Source: Spirochaetaceae bacterium (GTDB lineage: Bacteria; Spirochaetota; Spirochaetia; DSM-2461). From it: a DNA stretch of 64,000 bases. Positions within the stretch are counted from its first letter, which is position 1. Each line of letters begins with the position of its first letter. The position numbers and the translations under genes are program-made. Location of the stretch: contig OZ245056.1 of assembly GCA_965224705.1 (NCBI GenBank), positions 529,736-593,735 of the forward strand. Direction: 5' to 3'. Of the stretch, positions 42,165-52,681 are shown piece by piece. The notes below the pieces were generated by a model that saw nothing but the letters and a program-made list of their open reading frames with translations, was not told the origin of the DNA and did not search any database.

Positions 42165-42217
42165 GAGCCTGTCGGATTCACGCCTCACGCCTCAAAGCCT
42201 TAAAATCCGACAGACTC
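42165..42217 (+). mobile_element. Mini-MITE (53 bp: the two TIRs with almost no interior)
   Basis: gagcctgtcggattcacgcctcacgcctcaaagccttaaaatccgacagactc. The flanks are CCAG and CTGG, which are not a direct duplication. Confidence 0.5.
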
Positions 42218-42240
42218 CTGGACTGAAAAAGGAATACCGA

Positions 42241-43209
42241 ATGTTTACTGATATTGAAGAGCTGAAAGCCATTCAGAGACGACTTGCACCCTTTGTCCAC
42301 AACACGCCTGTTCTCACCTCTTCATCTTTTGATGAAGCGGCAGGCTGCAGGGCCTATTTCAAGTGTGAGAACTTCCAGCGAATGGGCGCTTTTAAGATGA
42401 GGGGGGCCATGAATGCTGTTCTTTCTCTCACAGATGACGAAAAAAGAAGAGGCGTCATTACCCATTCTTCCGGAAACTTTGCCCAGGCCGTTGCTCTGTC
42501 TTCCCGGAATATGGGAATTCCTGCCACTGTGGTAATGCCAGGCAATGCCCCGGCCACAAAGAAATCTGCTGTAGTCAGTTACGGAGCCACAATCATTAAG
42601 TGTGAACCAACGATGGAGTCTCGAATTTCAACTACAGAAAAGGAACAGAAAGAAACAGGAATGGTATTCCTTCATCCTTCAGATCAAAAAGATGTAATTG
42701 ATGGAAACAGTACCGCCTGCCTGGAACTGCTTCAGGAGAATCCAGCACTGGAAGCTGTCATAGCTCCTGTGGGCGGTGGAGGTTTACTGGCCGGAACAGC
42801 CCTGGCAGCCAGAGGTATAAATCCTCAAATTACTGTATTCGCCGGGGAACCATCCGGAGCCGACGATGCTTTCAGGTCATTGAAGGCTGGCAGAATTCTC
42901 CCATCAATCAACCCTGTGACTATTGCTGATGGACTTAAAACCCAGCTTGGCAAATCAAATTTCCCAATTATTCAAAACCTGGTGGAAGAGATCATTCTTG
43001 TTGAAGAAGAGGAAATAATTGCTGCCATGAGATTTATCTGGGAAAGGATGAAAATTGTTGTTGAACCTTCTTCGGCTGTAGCTCCGGCAGCAGTATTAAA
43101 AAGTCCACAACTTTTTCATGGTAAAAAGGTTGGAATAATCATCTCCGGTGGTAATGTTGATCTGGAGAATCTCCCCTTTCAGGGATCTGACCCGGCCCGC
43201 TCTGCGTGA
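42241..43209 (+). CDS. PLP-dependent threonine/serine dehydratase family enzyme (serine racemase-like)
   Basis: KCENFQRMGAFKMRGA (PLP-lysine motif), HSSGNFAQAVA and the glycine loop APVGGGGLLAG. Confidence 0.85.
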   Translation: MFTDIEELKAIQRRLAPFVHNTPVLTSSSFDEAAGCRAYFKCENFQRMGAFKMRGAMNAVLSLTDDEKRRGVITHSSGNFAQAVALSSRNMGIPATVVMPGNAPATKKSAVVSYGATIIKCEPTMESRISTTEKEQKETGMVFLHPSDQKDVIDGNSTACLELLQENPALEAVIAPVGGGGLLAGTALAARGINPQITVFAGEPSGADDAFRSLKAGRILPSINPVTIADGLKTQLGKSNFPIIQNLVEEIILVEEEEIIAAMRFIWERMKIVVEPSSAVAPAAVLKSPQLFHGKKVGIIISGGNVDLENLPFQGSDPARSA

Positions 43210-43314
43210 GTTTTCTTATTACCTCTCCTTCCTATTCAACCCGTCGAGTATTCAAATAATTGTGCTGTGAGTCATCTTCAAGCTTCCTGACACCGCAATG
43301 CCGTAATCTAAACA

Positions 43315-43869
43315 TCACATGCGGGTCCATTTTTCCATCATTTGCAGTATTTCATTTGAACTCCATTCCAGCGCACCAACAACAGATGCAATGCCCTGAC
43401 CATTTCGGTCAATAAGTACTGTAGTCGGCAGATTTACAACACCCATCGTCTGAGCGATCTCACTACTTTCGTCCAGAAAAACAGGGAATTCTACATCATA
43501 TAATTTCATAAAGGATGTAACAGTCTGAGAATCTTCACCGACATTGACTGCTATCATGGAGAATTCATTCCCCTGCAACTTGCCTGCCAGAATATTGAAG
43601 TCGGGAATTTCTGCACGACAGGGTGGACACCAACTCGCCCAGAAATTGAGAAGGATGACTCGACCCTGATGTTCACTCATTAATTGGGTATTACCACCAA
43701 TATCCGTCAGTAGAATATCCGGAACCTGAGAGTTGTTCTCAATGGGACGAAAGCCCAGATCTATCAGTTCCTCCTCTCCGGGGACAACTGAGCCCTTAGT
43801 AAAGCAGGCAGCAAGCAAGAGAACAGATATGAACCCTTTCAATTGATTTTTCACAGCTCTAACCATCAC
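43315..43869 (-). CDS. TlpA/ResA-like thiol-disulfide oxidoreductase
   Basis: Signal/anchor sequence plus the thioredoxin motif NFWASWCPPCRAEIP. Confidence 0.85.
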   Translation of the reverse strand: MMVRAVKNQLKGFISVLLLAACFTKGSVVPGEEELIDLGFRPIENNSQVPDILLTDIGGNTQLMSEHQGRVILLNFWASWCPPCRAEIPDFNILAGKLQGNEFSMIAVNVGEDSQTVTSFMKLYDVEFPVFLDESSEIAQTMGVVNLPTTVLIDRNGQGIASVVGALEWSSNEILQMMEKWTRM

Positions 43870-44468
43870 ATGATATACCAGACAAGTATTAATGAAAGAG
43901 TATTATGCATCACATGAGACATTATCACTGTTGCAATACAACGTCTATGATAGAAGTAAAAAGAATAAAGAGCACCTGCAATACAGGCGAATAACACAGA
44001 CCACCATCCCTGCCACAAATGGAAAGAAGCAAATAGAAGAACTGAAAAAACACCCGAATATACTTTGTTCAATCCAGACTCAATAAGTGTTGCAATGAGC
44101 CATGAACGAAAATAGAGTTCCTCAATCACAGCAGAAAGGATGGAGAGAAGTATCATCAGCACAAAGCTGTTCGAGATGAAATCTGATGGATCACTACTTT
44201 CCAGCCCGGGGAATAGAGCTCCAAGAGACAGTGTCAGCAAGGTGAACACTGGTATAGCAATAACATCCTGCAATTCTGGGACTCGCCAGCCCATATTCCG
44301 GCGGCTGCTCCGATCTCCGGTCAAAGTCATCCAGACAAGAAGTCCAAGAGCAGGCAATAAGATGAGTATTCTTGTGTTAATTATAGTGAGTTGCCACAGG
44401 CTGAAATTTGGTGAAGCCAGAATCAGTGGAATAAACAATCCGGGAAGTAACAGTTTTCGCTCAGCCAT
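43866..44468 (-). CDS. CPBP (CAAX) family intramembrane glutamic endopeptidase
   Basis: EELYFRSWL, FASFHLWQ and the HVMHN motif trio in a polytopic membrane protein. Confidence 0.8.
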   Translation of the reverse strand: MAERKLLLPGLFIPLILASPNFSLWQLTIINTRILILLPALGLLVWMTLTGDRSSRRNMGWRVPELQDVIAIPVFTLLTLSLGALFPGLESSDPSDFISNSFVLMILLSILSAVIEELYFRSWLIATLIESGLNKVYSGVFSVLLFASFHLWQGWWSVLFACIAGALYSFYFYHRRCIATVIMSHVMHNTLSLILVWYIM

Positions 44469-44532
44469 TCAATACCCTGTGTCAGAAAGCTTGTCAATGC
44501 AGCAACAATCCGTATTAAGCTCACCATAGTAA

Positions 44533-44790
44533 AATTTTTGTCCTTTCTCTCCAGGAGCAAGCCTCCTGCTTGCTCCTGGAGAGCCGCCTTCGTTCGCTTT
44601 CGCCGCCCTCCATGGCGGCTTTTCTTCGCTATCGCTCAGCGCTCTCTTCGGGAGCCGAGTCTACGACTCGCCTCCCCTGCGGCTGCGTTGCCAAAATACT
44701 CACGTAGCCCAGCTACGCTCCGTTTTCGTCGCCTTGCATCAGGAAAAAATCATCAAAAATCGCCTCGAAGCCTTAAAGTCCGACAGACTC
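44533..44790 (+). mobile_element. MITE copy lacking its left TIR
   Basis: It is colinear with the full copy at 3331-3616 (reverse orientation) from the first internal hairpin to the right TIR AAGTCCGACAGACTC, followed by CTGG. It overlaps the alr stop region. Confidence 0.6.
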
Positions 44791-45897
44791 CTGGACGCTC
44801 ATTGTTGGTAAACGGGGCAGAAAATCACAGAGAATTTCGTAAGAAATAGTTCCTGCTGCATCAGCATAATCATCCGCCGTTATTTGCAGATTGCGGTCTG
44901 AGTTTAGAACTAAAACCCTATCACCTGCCCTGACAGTATCCTCCAGACTGAAAACCATCAACTGATCCATGCAAACCCTCCCACATATCGGGTAACTTCG
45001 CCCTCCAATAATCATTTTTCCACCGCCATTAGACAGCAGGCGTGGATAACCATCTCCATACCCTATGGGTATAACGATTACATAACCATCCTCCGGGGCA
45101 TTCCACGTCGAGCCATAGCTCACCCCCTCACCTTTTTTAACAGGTTTGACAAGACTTACCTTTCCGTCGATTTCCATAACAGGTTTGAATCGGCTGTCAA
45201 ATTCTGTATCCGAACCGGGAGTGTATCCGTAGAGAGAAATTCCAATCCGTACCATGTTGTAATGAGCCTCAGGAAAATTCAGAACACCGGCTGAATTGCA
45301 CATGTGCTGGTATTTGAATGTGATTCCATTCTGCTTGAATACGTCAAGACATTTCTTGAAACGCTGAATCTGCAAAGCATTAAGAGGATGCTCTGGAGAA
45401 TCTGCACAGGCAAAATGAGTCATGATACCTTCAAACTGAACCTGCTGCACACGGAGACATTTTTCAGCTATTTCCTGACAAAGCTCATACCGAAATCCAA
45501 GGCGAATCATTCCTGTATCGATTTTCAAATGGATCTTTGGACTCATGTTGAGTTGTCTGGACATTTCAACTATCAATTCCAATGTTTGCCAGTCGCTCAC
45601 AGCCATTGTTATTCCGGCCTGAATTAATTTCTTGATGTGAAATATCTCAGGGATTCCCATCATCAGTATTCGAATGTGCGGAAACTCCTCTCCAAGCATG
45701 AGAGCTTCACCTGAATAAGCGACTGCAAAGTAATCAACACCTTCATCCACCAGTGCCTGTACCACAATTGTTGTGGAATGACCATAGGCATCGGCTTTCA
45801 CAACCGGTACGGTCAGGACTCCACCAGCCTTTTCTTTCAATAGGTTGTAATTATGAACAAGATTCCGGGTAATAATGCGTTTTGTGAATGATCGCAT
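44773..45897 (-). CDS. alr: Alanine racemase
   Basis: PVVKADAYGHS (PLP lysine), and the C-terminal domain GYGDGYPR and CMDQLMV. The last 5 codons and the stop lie inside the MITE end. Confidence 0.9.
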   Translation of the reverse strand: MRSFTKRIITRNLVHNYNLLKEKAGGVLTVPVVKADAYGHSTTIVVQALVDEGVDYFAVAYSGEALMLGEEFPHIRILMMGIPEIFHIKKLIQAGITMAVSDWQTLELIVEMSRQLNMSPKIHLKIDTGMIRLGFRYELCQEIAEKCLRVQQVQFEGIMTHFACADSPEHPLNALQIQRFKKCLDVFKQNGITFKYQHMCNSAGVLNFPEAHYNMVRIGISLYGYTPGSDTEFDSRFKPVMEIDGKVSLVKPVKKGEGVSYGSTWNAPEDGYVIVIPIGYGDGYPRLLSNGGGKMIIGGRSYPICGRVCMDQLMVFSLEDTVRAGDRVLVLNSDRNLQITADDYADAAGTISYEILCDFLPRLPTMSVQESVGL

Positions 45898-45918
45898 GAT
45901 TTTTCCTGAATTGTGTGG

Positions 45919-45954
45919 AAGAAGAAGCCCCTGTATCAGGGCTTCTTCTTTTTC
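45919..45954. terminator. GC-rich hairpin between the AGCS gene and alr
   Basis: gaagaagccc-ctgtatca-gggcttcttc followed by TTTTT on the plus strand. On the minus strand, which is the coding strand of both neighbours, the U-tract is weak. Confidence 0.45.
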
Positions 45955-45999
45955 AAGTAGTTATAATACCGGTACTATAACTATTTGTATCCTGTTGAA

Positions 46000-47343
46000 T
46001 TAAAGTTCATTCTGGTTGTCCAGATATACTTTCGTTTCCTTGACAATAACTGGCGTCAGAAAAATCAGAGCTATGAGATTTGGAACTGCCATCAACCCGT
46101 TGAGAGTATCAGAAATACTCCATACAAAGCTGAGTTTTGCGACAGCACCAATACCAACGAAGAGGATGAAAACGACTCTGTAGGGTACAACAGCTTTGAT
46201 GCCAAAGAGATAGCCTATTGATTTCTCACCATAATAGCACCAGCCGATTAAAGTGGAAGAGGCAAAAAGAGTCATACCAATAGTAACAATATATCCACCA
46301 CCTTTCATTCCCAGATTGAAGGCAGTTGTTGTAAGCTCCGCACCATTCTGACCATTGGACCAGGCCCCTGTAAGAATAAGGACCAGACCTGTCATGGTAC
46401 AGACAATCAGGGTATCAATAAAAGTTTGAGTCATGGATACCATTGCCTGAGTGAAGGGTAATTTCGTCTTAGCTGCTGCTGCTGCAATAGGAGAACTGCC
46501 AAGACCTGACTCGTTGGAGAAAACACCACGAGCGACACCCATGCGGATGGTCAGCATCACTGCGGCACCCGTAAAACCACCTGCAGCCGATGTGGGAGTA
46601 AATGCACTTTTAAATATAAGACCAAATGCGGCAGGTATTCCACCAATATTGCTCAGTATAATAAAAAGAGATGCACCCATGTAGAAAACTATCATGATTG
46701 GTACAAAGAATGCGGTCACTCTTCCGATGGATTTGATACCACCCACAATGACCAGAGCAGTAAAAATCGTTAAAACAATGCCTGTAATATATGGAGGGAC
46801 ATTGAACGTTGCTTCAATGGCATCTGCAACTGAATTAGACTGAACCATATTGCCAATTCCAAATGCAGCCACTGCAGCAAACACTGCAAAGACAGTCCCC
46901 AGCCACGGCATGTTAAGACCCTTTGAGATGTAATACATAGGGCCGCCACTCATTTCACCGTGCTCATCAGTCTCCCGGTATTTAACAGCAAGAACTGCTT
47001 CCCCATACTTTGTAGCCATACCAACAAGACCGGTCATCCACATCCAGAACATGGCTCCTGGTCCCCCTATGGCTACTGCCGTAGCAACACCGGCTATGTT
47101 ACCAGTACCAACTGTTGCTGCAAGAGCTGTCATCAATGCCTGAAAGTGAGTAATATCACCCTCTTTGTCACTGTCTTTTTTTCGCTTGAAAAGAGCAAGA
47201 TTCAGTGCATACCCCAGCTTTGTGAACTGCAGGCCTCGTAGAGCGAAAGTGAGCCAAAAACCAGTTCCAACCAGTAAAATCAACATGGGCGGCCCCCATG
47301 CGAAGGAACCAATCTTCCCGATAATCGCATCCAATCTATCCAT
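46000..47343 (-). CDS. Alanine/glycine:cation symporter (AGCS family)
   Basis: 447 aa and polytopic. [24 protein letters not shown] and SNESGLGS blocks are typical of AGCS. Confidence 0.9.
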   Translation of the reverse strand: MDRLDAIIGKIGSFAWGPPMLILLVGTGFWLTFALRGLQFTKLGYALNLALFKRKKDSDKEGDITHFQALMTALAATVGTGNIAGVATAVAIGGPGAMFWMWMTGLVGMATKYGEAVLAVKYRETDEHGEMSGGPMYYISKGLNMPWLGTVFAVFAAVAAFGIGNMVQSNSVADAIEATFNVPPYITGIVLTIFTALVIVGGIKSIGRVTAFFVPIMIVFYMGASLFIILSNIGGIPAAFGLIFKSAFTPTSAAGGFTGAAVMLTIRMGVARGVFSNESGLGSSPIAAAAAKTKLPFTQAMVSMTQTFIDTLIVCTMTGLVLILTGAWSNGQNGAELTTTAFNLGMKGGGYIVTIGMTLFASSTLIGWCYYGEKSIGYLFGIKAVVPYRVVFILFVGIGAVAKLSFVWSISDTLNGLMAVPNLIALIFLTPVIVKETKVYLDNQNEL

Positions 47344-47430
47344 ACTTAATCCTCCATTTGTAAGCTGTAAGCTTACTTAAAATCTAATAATATATAAAAC
47401 GCAATGTTTGCACAACGATATAGAAACACA

Positions 47431-48543
47431 CTATATCAGCTCGACAGCTGGTGTGTATTCGAGTCCGAATGCATCTGCGACACCTGAATACGTCACTTTC
47501 CCCTGTATCACATTGAGACCCTCAAGAACACCAGGATCATCTTTAGCACATTGTTTCCAGCCCTTGTTGGCCAATGCAACTGCATACGGCAATGTCGCAT
47601 TGGTAAGTGCCATGGTCGATGTGAGCGGAACGGCACCAGGCATGTTGGCGACACAGTAGTGGATAACTCCTTCTTCTTCAAAAACTGGATCAAGGTGGGT
47701 GGTTGGCCGGGATGTTTCAAAACACCCCCCCTGGTCAATAGCAACATCGACAATCACCGCTCCGGGTTTCATTGTTCGCAGAATTGGCCGGGTAATGAGT
47801 TTCGGTGCCCTGGCTCCGTGAAGCAGAACAGCTCCGATAACCGCATCAGCTTTCTCCGCCAGTTCCCTCACCTTTGATGGAGAAGACATCACAGGGAAAC
47901 AATTCTTCGGCATTGTATCGGACAGAGATCTCAGTCTTGGTAACGATGTGTCCAGCAAATAGACTTTTGCCCCTAAACCACAAGCCATTTGAGCGGCATG
48001 TGAGCCAACGACACCACCTCCAAGCACGAGAACTGTAGCACTGTCCACTCCCGGTACTCCTCCAAGAAGCAGACCTCGCCCGCCTTGAGCTCTTTCCAGA
48101 TACTTAGCTGCCTGTTGGACAGCCATTCTACCTGCGACTTCACTCATGGGAGTCAGTAACGGCAAAGTCCCTTCTTTGTCCACAATGGTTTCGTAGGCAA
48201 TGCAAACAGCTTTGCGATCCATCATAGCTCTGGTTAACTTCTCAGCGGCAGCAAAGTGAAAGTAAGTAAACACCATTTGATTTTCACGGATCCATTCATA
48301 TTCCCCAGGCTGCGGCTCTTTCACATGCATAACCATATCGGACTTTGCATAAATCTCTGCAGGAGTATCAATGATTTCTGCTCCTGTAGCAGTGTACATC
48401 TCATCGGGGAATCCACTGCCCTTACCGGCAGATTTCTCGACCAGTACTTGATGACCATTATGCGCCATTATCTCAGTGCCGATCGGGGTCATACTGACTC
48501 TGTTCTCTTCAGATTTGATTTCCTTCAAAATGCCAACGATCAT
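47431..48543 (-). CDS. ald: Alanine dehydrogenase
   Basis: MIVGILKEIKSEENRVSMTP N-terminus, Rossmann loop VLGGGVVGSHAA, 370 aa. Confidence 0.95.
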   Translation of the reverse strand: MIVGILKEIKSEENRVSMTPIGTEIMAHNGHQVLVEKSAGKGSGFPDEMYTATGAEIIDTPAEIYAKSDMVMHVKEPQPGEYEWIRENQMVFTYFHFAAAEKLTRAMMDRKAVCIAYETIVDKEGTLPLLTPMSEVAGRMAVQQAAKYLERAQGGRGLLLGGVPGVDSATVLVLGGGVVGSHAAQMACGLGAKVYLLDTSLPRLRSLSDTMPKNCFPVMSSPSKVRELAEKADAVIGAVLLHGARAPKLITRPILRTMKPGAVIVDVAIDQGGCFETSRPTTHLDPVFEEEGVIHYCVANMPGAVPLTSTMALTNATLPYAVALANKGWKQCAKDDPGVLEGLNVIQGKVTYSGVADAFGLEYTPAVELI

Positions 48544-48686
48544 GGACCAACCTCTCTTTGTGGTCTCTAACTACCACTGATGCCATTTATACCATAAATC
48601 TAACCTTTTTTATATGAAATAATATTGCATCTTTTAGCAGGAAAAACTATCATTTTGAAAGATGATTTCTGTCTCCAGGGAAATGC

Positions 48687-49175
48687 ATGCAGAAAACACA
48701 TAAGTATCATTTGGATGAAATCGATAAGGCCATATTATCGGCACTTCAACAGAATTGTCACTTATCAAATGTTGAACTTGCCCGAAAAGTACACCTGTCA
48801 GAATCAGCATGTCTTCGAAGGGTAAAACTCATTGAGGCAAGTGGTATAATCGACCAGTTTGCTCTACTGCTTAAACCTGCTGTGGCCGGTATTCATGACA
48901 CAGTTTTCGTGCGCATAACACTGGAAAGCCAGCAGCAGGAAAGACTCCAGGCCTTTGAGGATGCTGTTAAAAAAATAGAAGAAGTGATGGAATGCTATTT
49001 AATGTCTGGTCAATACGATTATATGCTGAAAATCCTGTGCACAGACAATGACGATTATAAACGAATACACCATCGACTAACCGGTCTGCCTGGAGTTAAC
49101 AGGATTCTTTCTTCATTTGTCCTGCACAAAGTCATAAAAAAAACTGAGATTCCAGTACATGCTGATTCCATATGA
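48687..49175 (+). CDS. Lrp/AsnC-family transcriptional regulator
   Basis: LDEIDKAILSALQQNCHLSNVELARKVHLSESACLRRVKLIE HTH plus a RAM domain. It is divergent from ald. Confidence 0.9.
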   Translation: MQKTHKYHLDEIDKAILSALQQNCHLSNVELARKVHLSESACLRRVKLIEASGIIDQFALLLKPAVAGIHDTVFVRITLESQQQERLQAFEDAVKKIEEVMECYLMSGQYDYMLKILCTDNDDYKRIHHRLTGLPGVNRILSSFVLHKVIKKTEIPVHADSI

Positions 49176-49189
49176 AGACAGATTTGATC

Positions 49190-49984
49190 CTAACGCTTGA
49201 TAATCAAGGTAATTCCAAGAACCAGAGCTCCCGCCAGGGCAGTTGTTGCTCCTGCCGGTAGATCAGTTGCCAGTGAAGTGACAAACCCTGTCAGTCCTAA
49301 ACCGATCCCTGTGAAAACAGAACGTTTATAGAGTCCTGCCAGGCTCCGTGTTCCTATGGAACCGATAATCACTGGAACTAAAAGAAGGGCATCCAGGAGC
49401 AGCGCACCAATAATCTTCATAGCAAGGGCTATGATTAAGCCAATTAGAACAAGAAGAATCCTCATCATCCATGTGTCATTAACCCCGGCGGTGAAGGCGG
49501 CATCCCTGTCAAAGATAACGGCCTGTATCTGCAGGTGAAAAACACGAGAAAAAACAGCCAGTCCAGTGCAGAACAAAATGATGGAAACAGCCTCAATTGA
49601 AGAAATCGCAAAGAGACTACCCCATAGAAGGCTCAGGGTATTCTGAGCGGATACCTTTGCACCGTAGATGAGGGCCATGGCTCCTCCCAGACTGGCGGTC
49701 ATCAGGAAAATGGTAACCTGGCCTGCATCCAGACGACCTTGATTTGCCATTAAATCGGCAAGAGCGATGAGGATGAAAACAGTAATTATCAATACCGGGA
49801 GTTGTGACAGACTGAAGGCAAGGGCAATGGCTCCGCCCAGAAGACTGCCATGCATGAGCATGAACCTGTACGGCAGAAGATTCAAACGTAAAACCCAGAC
49901 CCCTGTGACAGGAAGAAGGGCTGACAGGGTTAATAAAACGATAAAACCCCTGATAATTGGCGGATAGCTCAGCAGGTACAGCAC
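49190..49984 (-). CDS. Metal (Zn/Mn) ABC transporter permease (ABC-3 family)
   Basis: 264-aa polytopic protein downstream of, and overlapping, the ATPase gene. Family assignment is by overall pattern only. Confidence 0.75.
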   Translation of the reverse strand: MLYLLSYPPIIRGFIVLLTLSALLPVTGVWVLRLNLLPYRFMLMHGSLLGGAIALAFSLSQLPVLIITVFILIALADLMANQGRLDAGQVTIFLMTASLGGAMALIYGAKVSAQNTLSLLWGSLFAISSIEAVSIILFCTGLAVFSRVFHLQIQAVIFDRDAAFTAGVNDTWMMRILLVLIGLIIALAMKIIGALLLDALLLVPVIIGSIGTRSLAGLYKRSVFTGIGLGLTGFVTSLATDLPAGATTALAGALVLGITLIIKR

Positions 49985-50679
49985 AGTCTTCCTCCCTCGA
50001 GGTGGTATTCTCTCCAGTCCGGGAACATATTTCCGGTATGAGTAACAATGATGATGGAAAGACCCGATTTCACCAAACTCTGTAACAGATCCACAAAATG
50101 GATTCGGGATTCTTTATCCAGAAAAGCTGTCGGCTCATCCAGAAGAAGCAGGCTTGCTCCCTGTACCAGGCATCTGGCTAAGAGAACTTTTTGCCTCTGC
50201 CCAGCCGAGAGGTGGTGAAAACAATGTGTGTCGAGGTGGGCTGTACCGGATATAGACAGGGCCTGTTCAATGGTTCTCTTCTTCTGTTGGCAGCTCATGC
50301 GGCGGCTGGCCAATCCTGTCGCAACGACTTCCTGCGCAGAAATTGGAAATCGATGAAGTACTCCCTCCTGTGGCACCCATGCAGCAGTTCTACGGATTTT
50401 TCGCCAGTCCGAGCTGCCAACCCTGTATCCGTTAATCTCAATGCTGCCGGATGCAATGGGTAAAAGACCAAGAACAGCCAGGAGGAGAGAGGATTTACCT
50501 GTACCGTTCGCACCGTGTATCTCCACCAGTTCCTGTTCTGCTACAGTAAGACTGAGTTTGTTGAGAATTGTTTGACCGCTCCGAACCAGAGAGATTTGAT
50601 CTATGTTCAGCAATGTGGTTTGCACAATTTCCATCCTTATGATCTTCTTATGCATAATAGCTGACGATTCAACCTGCAC
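49969..50679 (-). CDS. Metal ABC transporter ATP-binding protein
   Basis: Walker A GANGTGKSSLL, signature LSAGQRQK and Walker B LLLLDEP. The true start may be the internal MEIVQTT. Confidence 0.9.
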   Translation of the reverse strand: MQVESSAIMHKKIIRMEIVQTTLLNIDQISLVRSGQTILNKLSLTVAEQELVEIHGANGTGKSSLLLAVLGLLPIASGSIEINGYRVGSSDWRKIRRTAAWVPQEGVLHRFPISAQEVVATGLASRRMSCQQKKRTIEQALSISGTAHLDTHCFHHLSAGQRQKVLLARCLVQGASLLLLDEPTAFLDKESRIHFVDLLQSLVKSGLSIIIVTHTGNMFPDWREYHLEGGRLCCTC

Positions 50680-50814
50680 TCCAGAGTATCATAACTATTG
50701 AAACTACCACACTGAAAACTGGACTGTGGAGAGATTTATCACCAGAGTTCTGATTTAAGATGGAACTGTACAGGCATTCTCTTTTTTCAGCCCATTCTGC
50801 TACTGGAAAGAGGC

Positions 50815-51894
50815 ATGAATATTGTGGACAATATCTGCATGATTACGGCAACAGGGAAATGGCTCCGATACAGCCGTATCAATTTACTGATCTGGATTTG
50901 CATCTCTGCTTCAGCGGCTGTCAATGCACAAACCCCTGCAGTATCGCCTGTACCAAAAGAAGTGTTGGGAGCAGCCAGTACCGGCCTGCACCTGTATCCT
51001 CTGGGATGGTCTTCGGAAGGCCGCTGGGGAGCTCTTATTGGCCGAGAAGAAAAAATCCAGGTCGTAATAATTGATACCGTAACAGATGATATCCTTTTTG
51101 AATCCCGATCAGTATCATGGTCAGGGCCGAAAACCATCAACCAATTCTGGAAAGCTCGTTCGTCCGAGATTCGGACAATTTTGAAATCTTACGGAATTGA
51201 GTCCAGCCGGATAACAGATACCAGGGAAGCAGAGTTCATTACCGGCGGTGTGAAGTACGCATTCAAAATGAATCCGCCATCTCCAGCCAGCGGTCATTAT
51301 GCTGTGGAGATTTCTTCTTCAAGAGGAGATAAAAAGACAGTCTACTCCAGCCGGGATAAATCCCCACCAGACCGCACCAGACTTGCTGCAGCGGTTTTAA
51401 GTCCCTTTGAGGAACGGGCCCTGGCCGTACTTATCGAGCAAAATGAATCTGAAAAGAAACTCAGTTACCGCTTCATCGGTGCTCACCTTACTCTGGGATT
51501 TGCCAGTACACAGAACAAAACCACCCCTGTCTCAAAAACTCCCCCCGGTAATTTGCTCACTGCTGTTTTTAACGGCCAGGCATATCTTGTCAAATCACGG
51601 TTAAAATCCGGAGCTGATCCAGACATCAAGGATAATCGAGGGTATTCGGTAGTTTTAATAGCCGCACGATTGGGCTATTGGCCGATTCTTGTTGACCTTC
51701 TTCAAGCTGGAGCATATCCTGATGCTATCGATAACACAGGGCGAAGTGCTCTTCATTATGCGGCTTTTGCTGGCAGTATTGAGGCTGTTCAGGCTTTACT
51801 TCATGCCAAAGCAAATACAAATCGGCGGGACAAGGCCGGGCAAACACCTGGCAGCCTTGCTGCCGACAAGACAGTACAACAGATTTTACGTTAG
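50815..51894 (+). CDS. Secreted protein with C-terminal ankyrin repeats
   Basis: Signal-like INLLIWICISASAAVNAQ. The C-terminal ANK units are GYSVVLIAARLGYWPILVDLLQAGAYPD and GRSALHYAAFAGSIEAVQALLHAKAN. The start codon is uncertain. Confidence 0.7.
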   Translation: MNIVDNICMITATGKWLRYSRINLLIWICISASAAVNAQTPAVSPVPKEVLGAASTGLHLYPLGWSSEGRWGALIGREEKIQVVIIDTVTDDILFESRSVSWSGPKTINQFWKARSSEIRTILKSYGIESSRITDTREAEFITGGVKYAFKMNPPSPASGHYAVEISSSRGDKKTVYSSRDKSPPDRTRLAAAVLSPFEERALAVLIEQNESEKKLSYRFIGAHLTLGFASTQNKTTPVSKTPPGNLLTAVFNGQAYLVKSRLKSGADPDIKDNRGYSVVLIAARLGYWPILVDLLQAGAYPDAIDNTGRSALHYAAFAGSIEAVQALLHAKANTNRRDKAGQTPGSLAADKTVQQILR

Positions 51895-51902
51895 TATGTT
51901 AT

Positions 51903-52442
51903 ATGATTTATACTTTTAACAACCATACTCCAGAATTTGACAGCGAAAAAATTTTTGTTGCTCCAAGTGCCGATATCATCGGGCATGTGAGTTTGGCCGA
52001 GAACACAAGCGTATGGTTCAATGCCACCTTGAGAGGTGACCTGGAACCTGTTAGAGTGGGAAAAGGAAGCAATGTGCAGGACTGCTGTACTGTACATACT
52101 GATGAAGGATTTCCTGTCATCATTGGGGAAAACGTGACAATAGGTCATAACTCTGTGATTCATGGCTGTGAAATTGGCAGCGGAACCATGATTGGCATGG
52201 GTACTGTTATCCTCACAGGGGCAAAGATAGGCCGTAACTGTCTGATTGGAGCGGGATCCCTGGTAACCGGCTCAATGAGTGTTCCCGATGGAATGCTTTT
52301 GCTGGGTTCACCAGCAAAGGTGATAAAACCTCTGGGAAAAAGAGACACCGCCAGCATCCTTGAAAACTCCATGCATTATCTGCGTAGAAAAGATGAATAC
52401 CTTAAACAGGGTATTGGACATGTTGATTCTACCTACTTATGA
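51903..52442 (+). CDS. Gamma-carbonic-anhydrase-like left-handed beta-helix protein
   Basis: FVAPSADIIGHVSLAENTSVWFNATLRGD..IGENVTIGHNSVIHGCEIG, the hexapeptide repeat pattern of the YrdA/PaaY family. Confidence 0.85.
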   Translation: MIYTFNNHTPEFDSEKIFVAPSADIIGHVSLAENTSVWFNATLRGDLEPVRVGKGSNVQDCCTVHTDEGFPVIIGENVTIGHNSVIHGCEIGSGTMIGMGTVILTGAKIGRNCLIGAGSLVTGSMSVPDGMLLLGSPAKVIKPLGKRDTASILENSMHYLRRKDEYLKQGIGHVDSTYL

Positions 52443-52681
52443 CAGGTGATGAATCGTATCATTAACTGCCCGTTATTCTACTCGCCATATTTCTCTTATC
52501 TACTGAATATCTTAATGAGAATGATTTGGTTTTATTGACTATAACGGTCCGCTGTTATGCGACGTTCCCATGCCGTAGGCCTGGCGTAGATTTTACCGAT
52601 TGATCAGCATTTTTTGTTTGCATACAACACTATACCTCAGCCGCAAGAATCCGCAAGATCTATGACAGAGGCGAATGTGCC

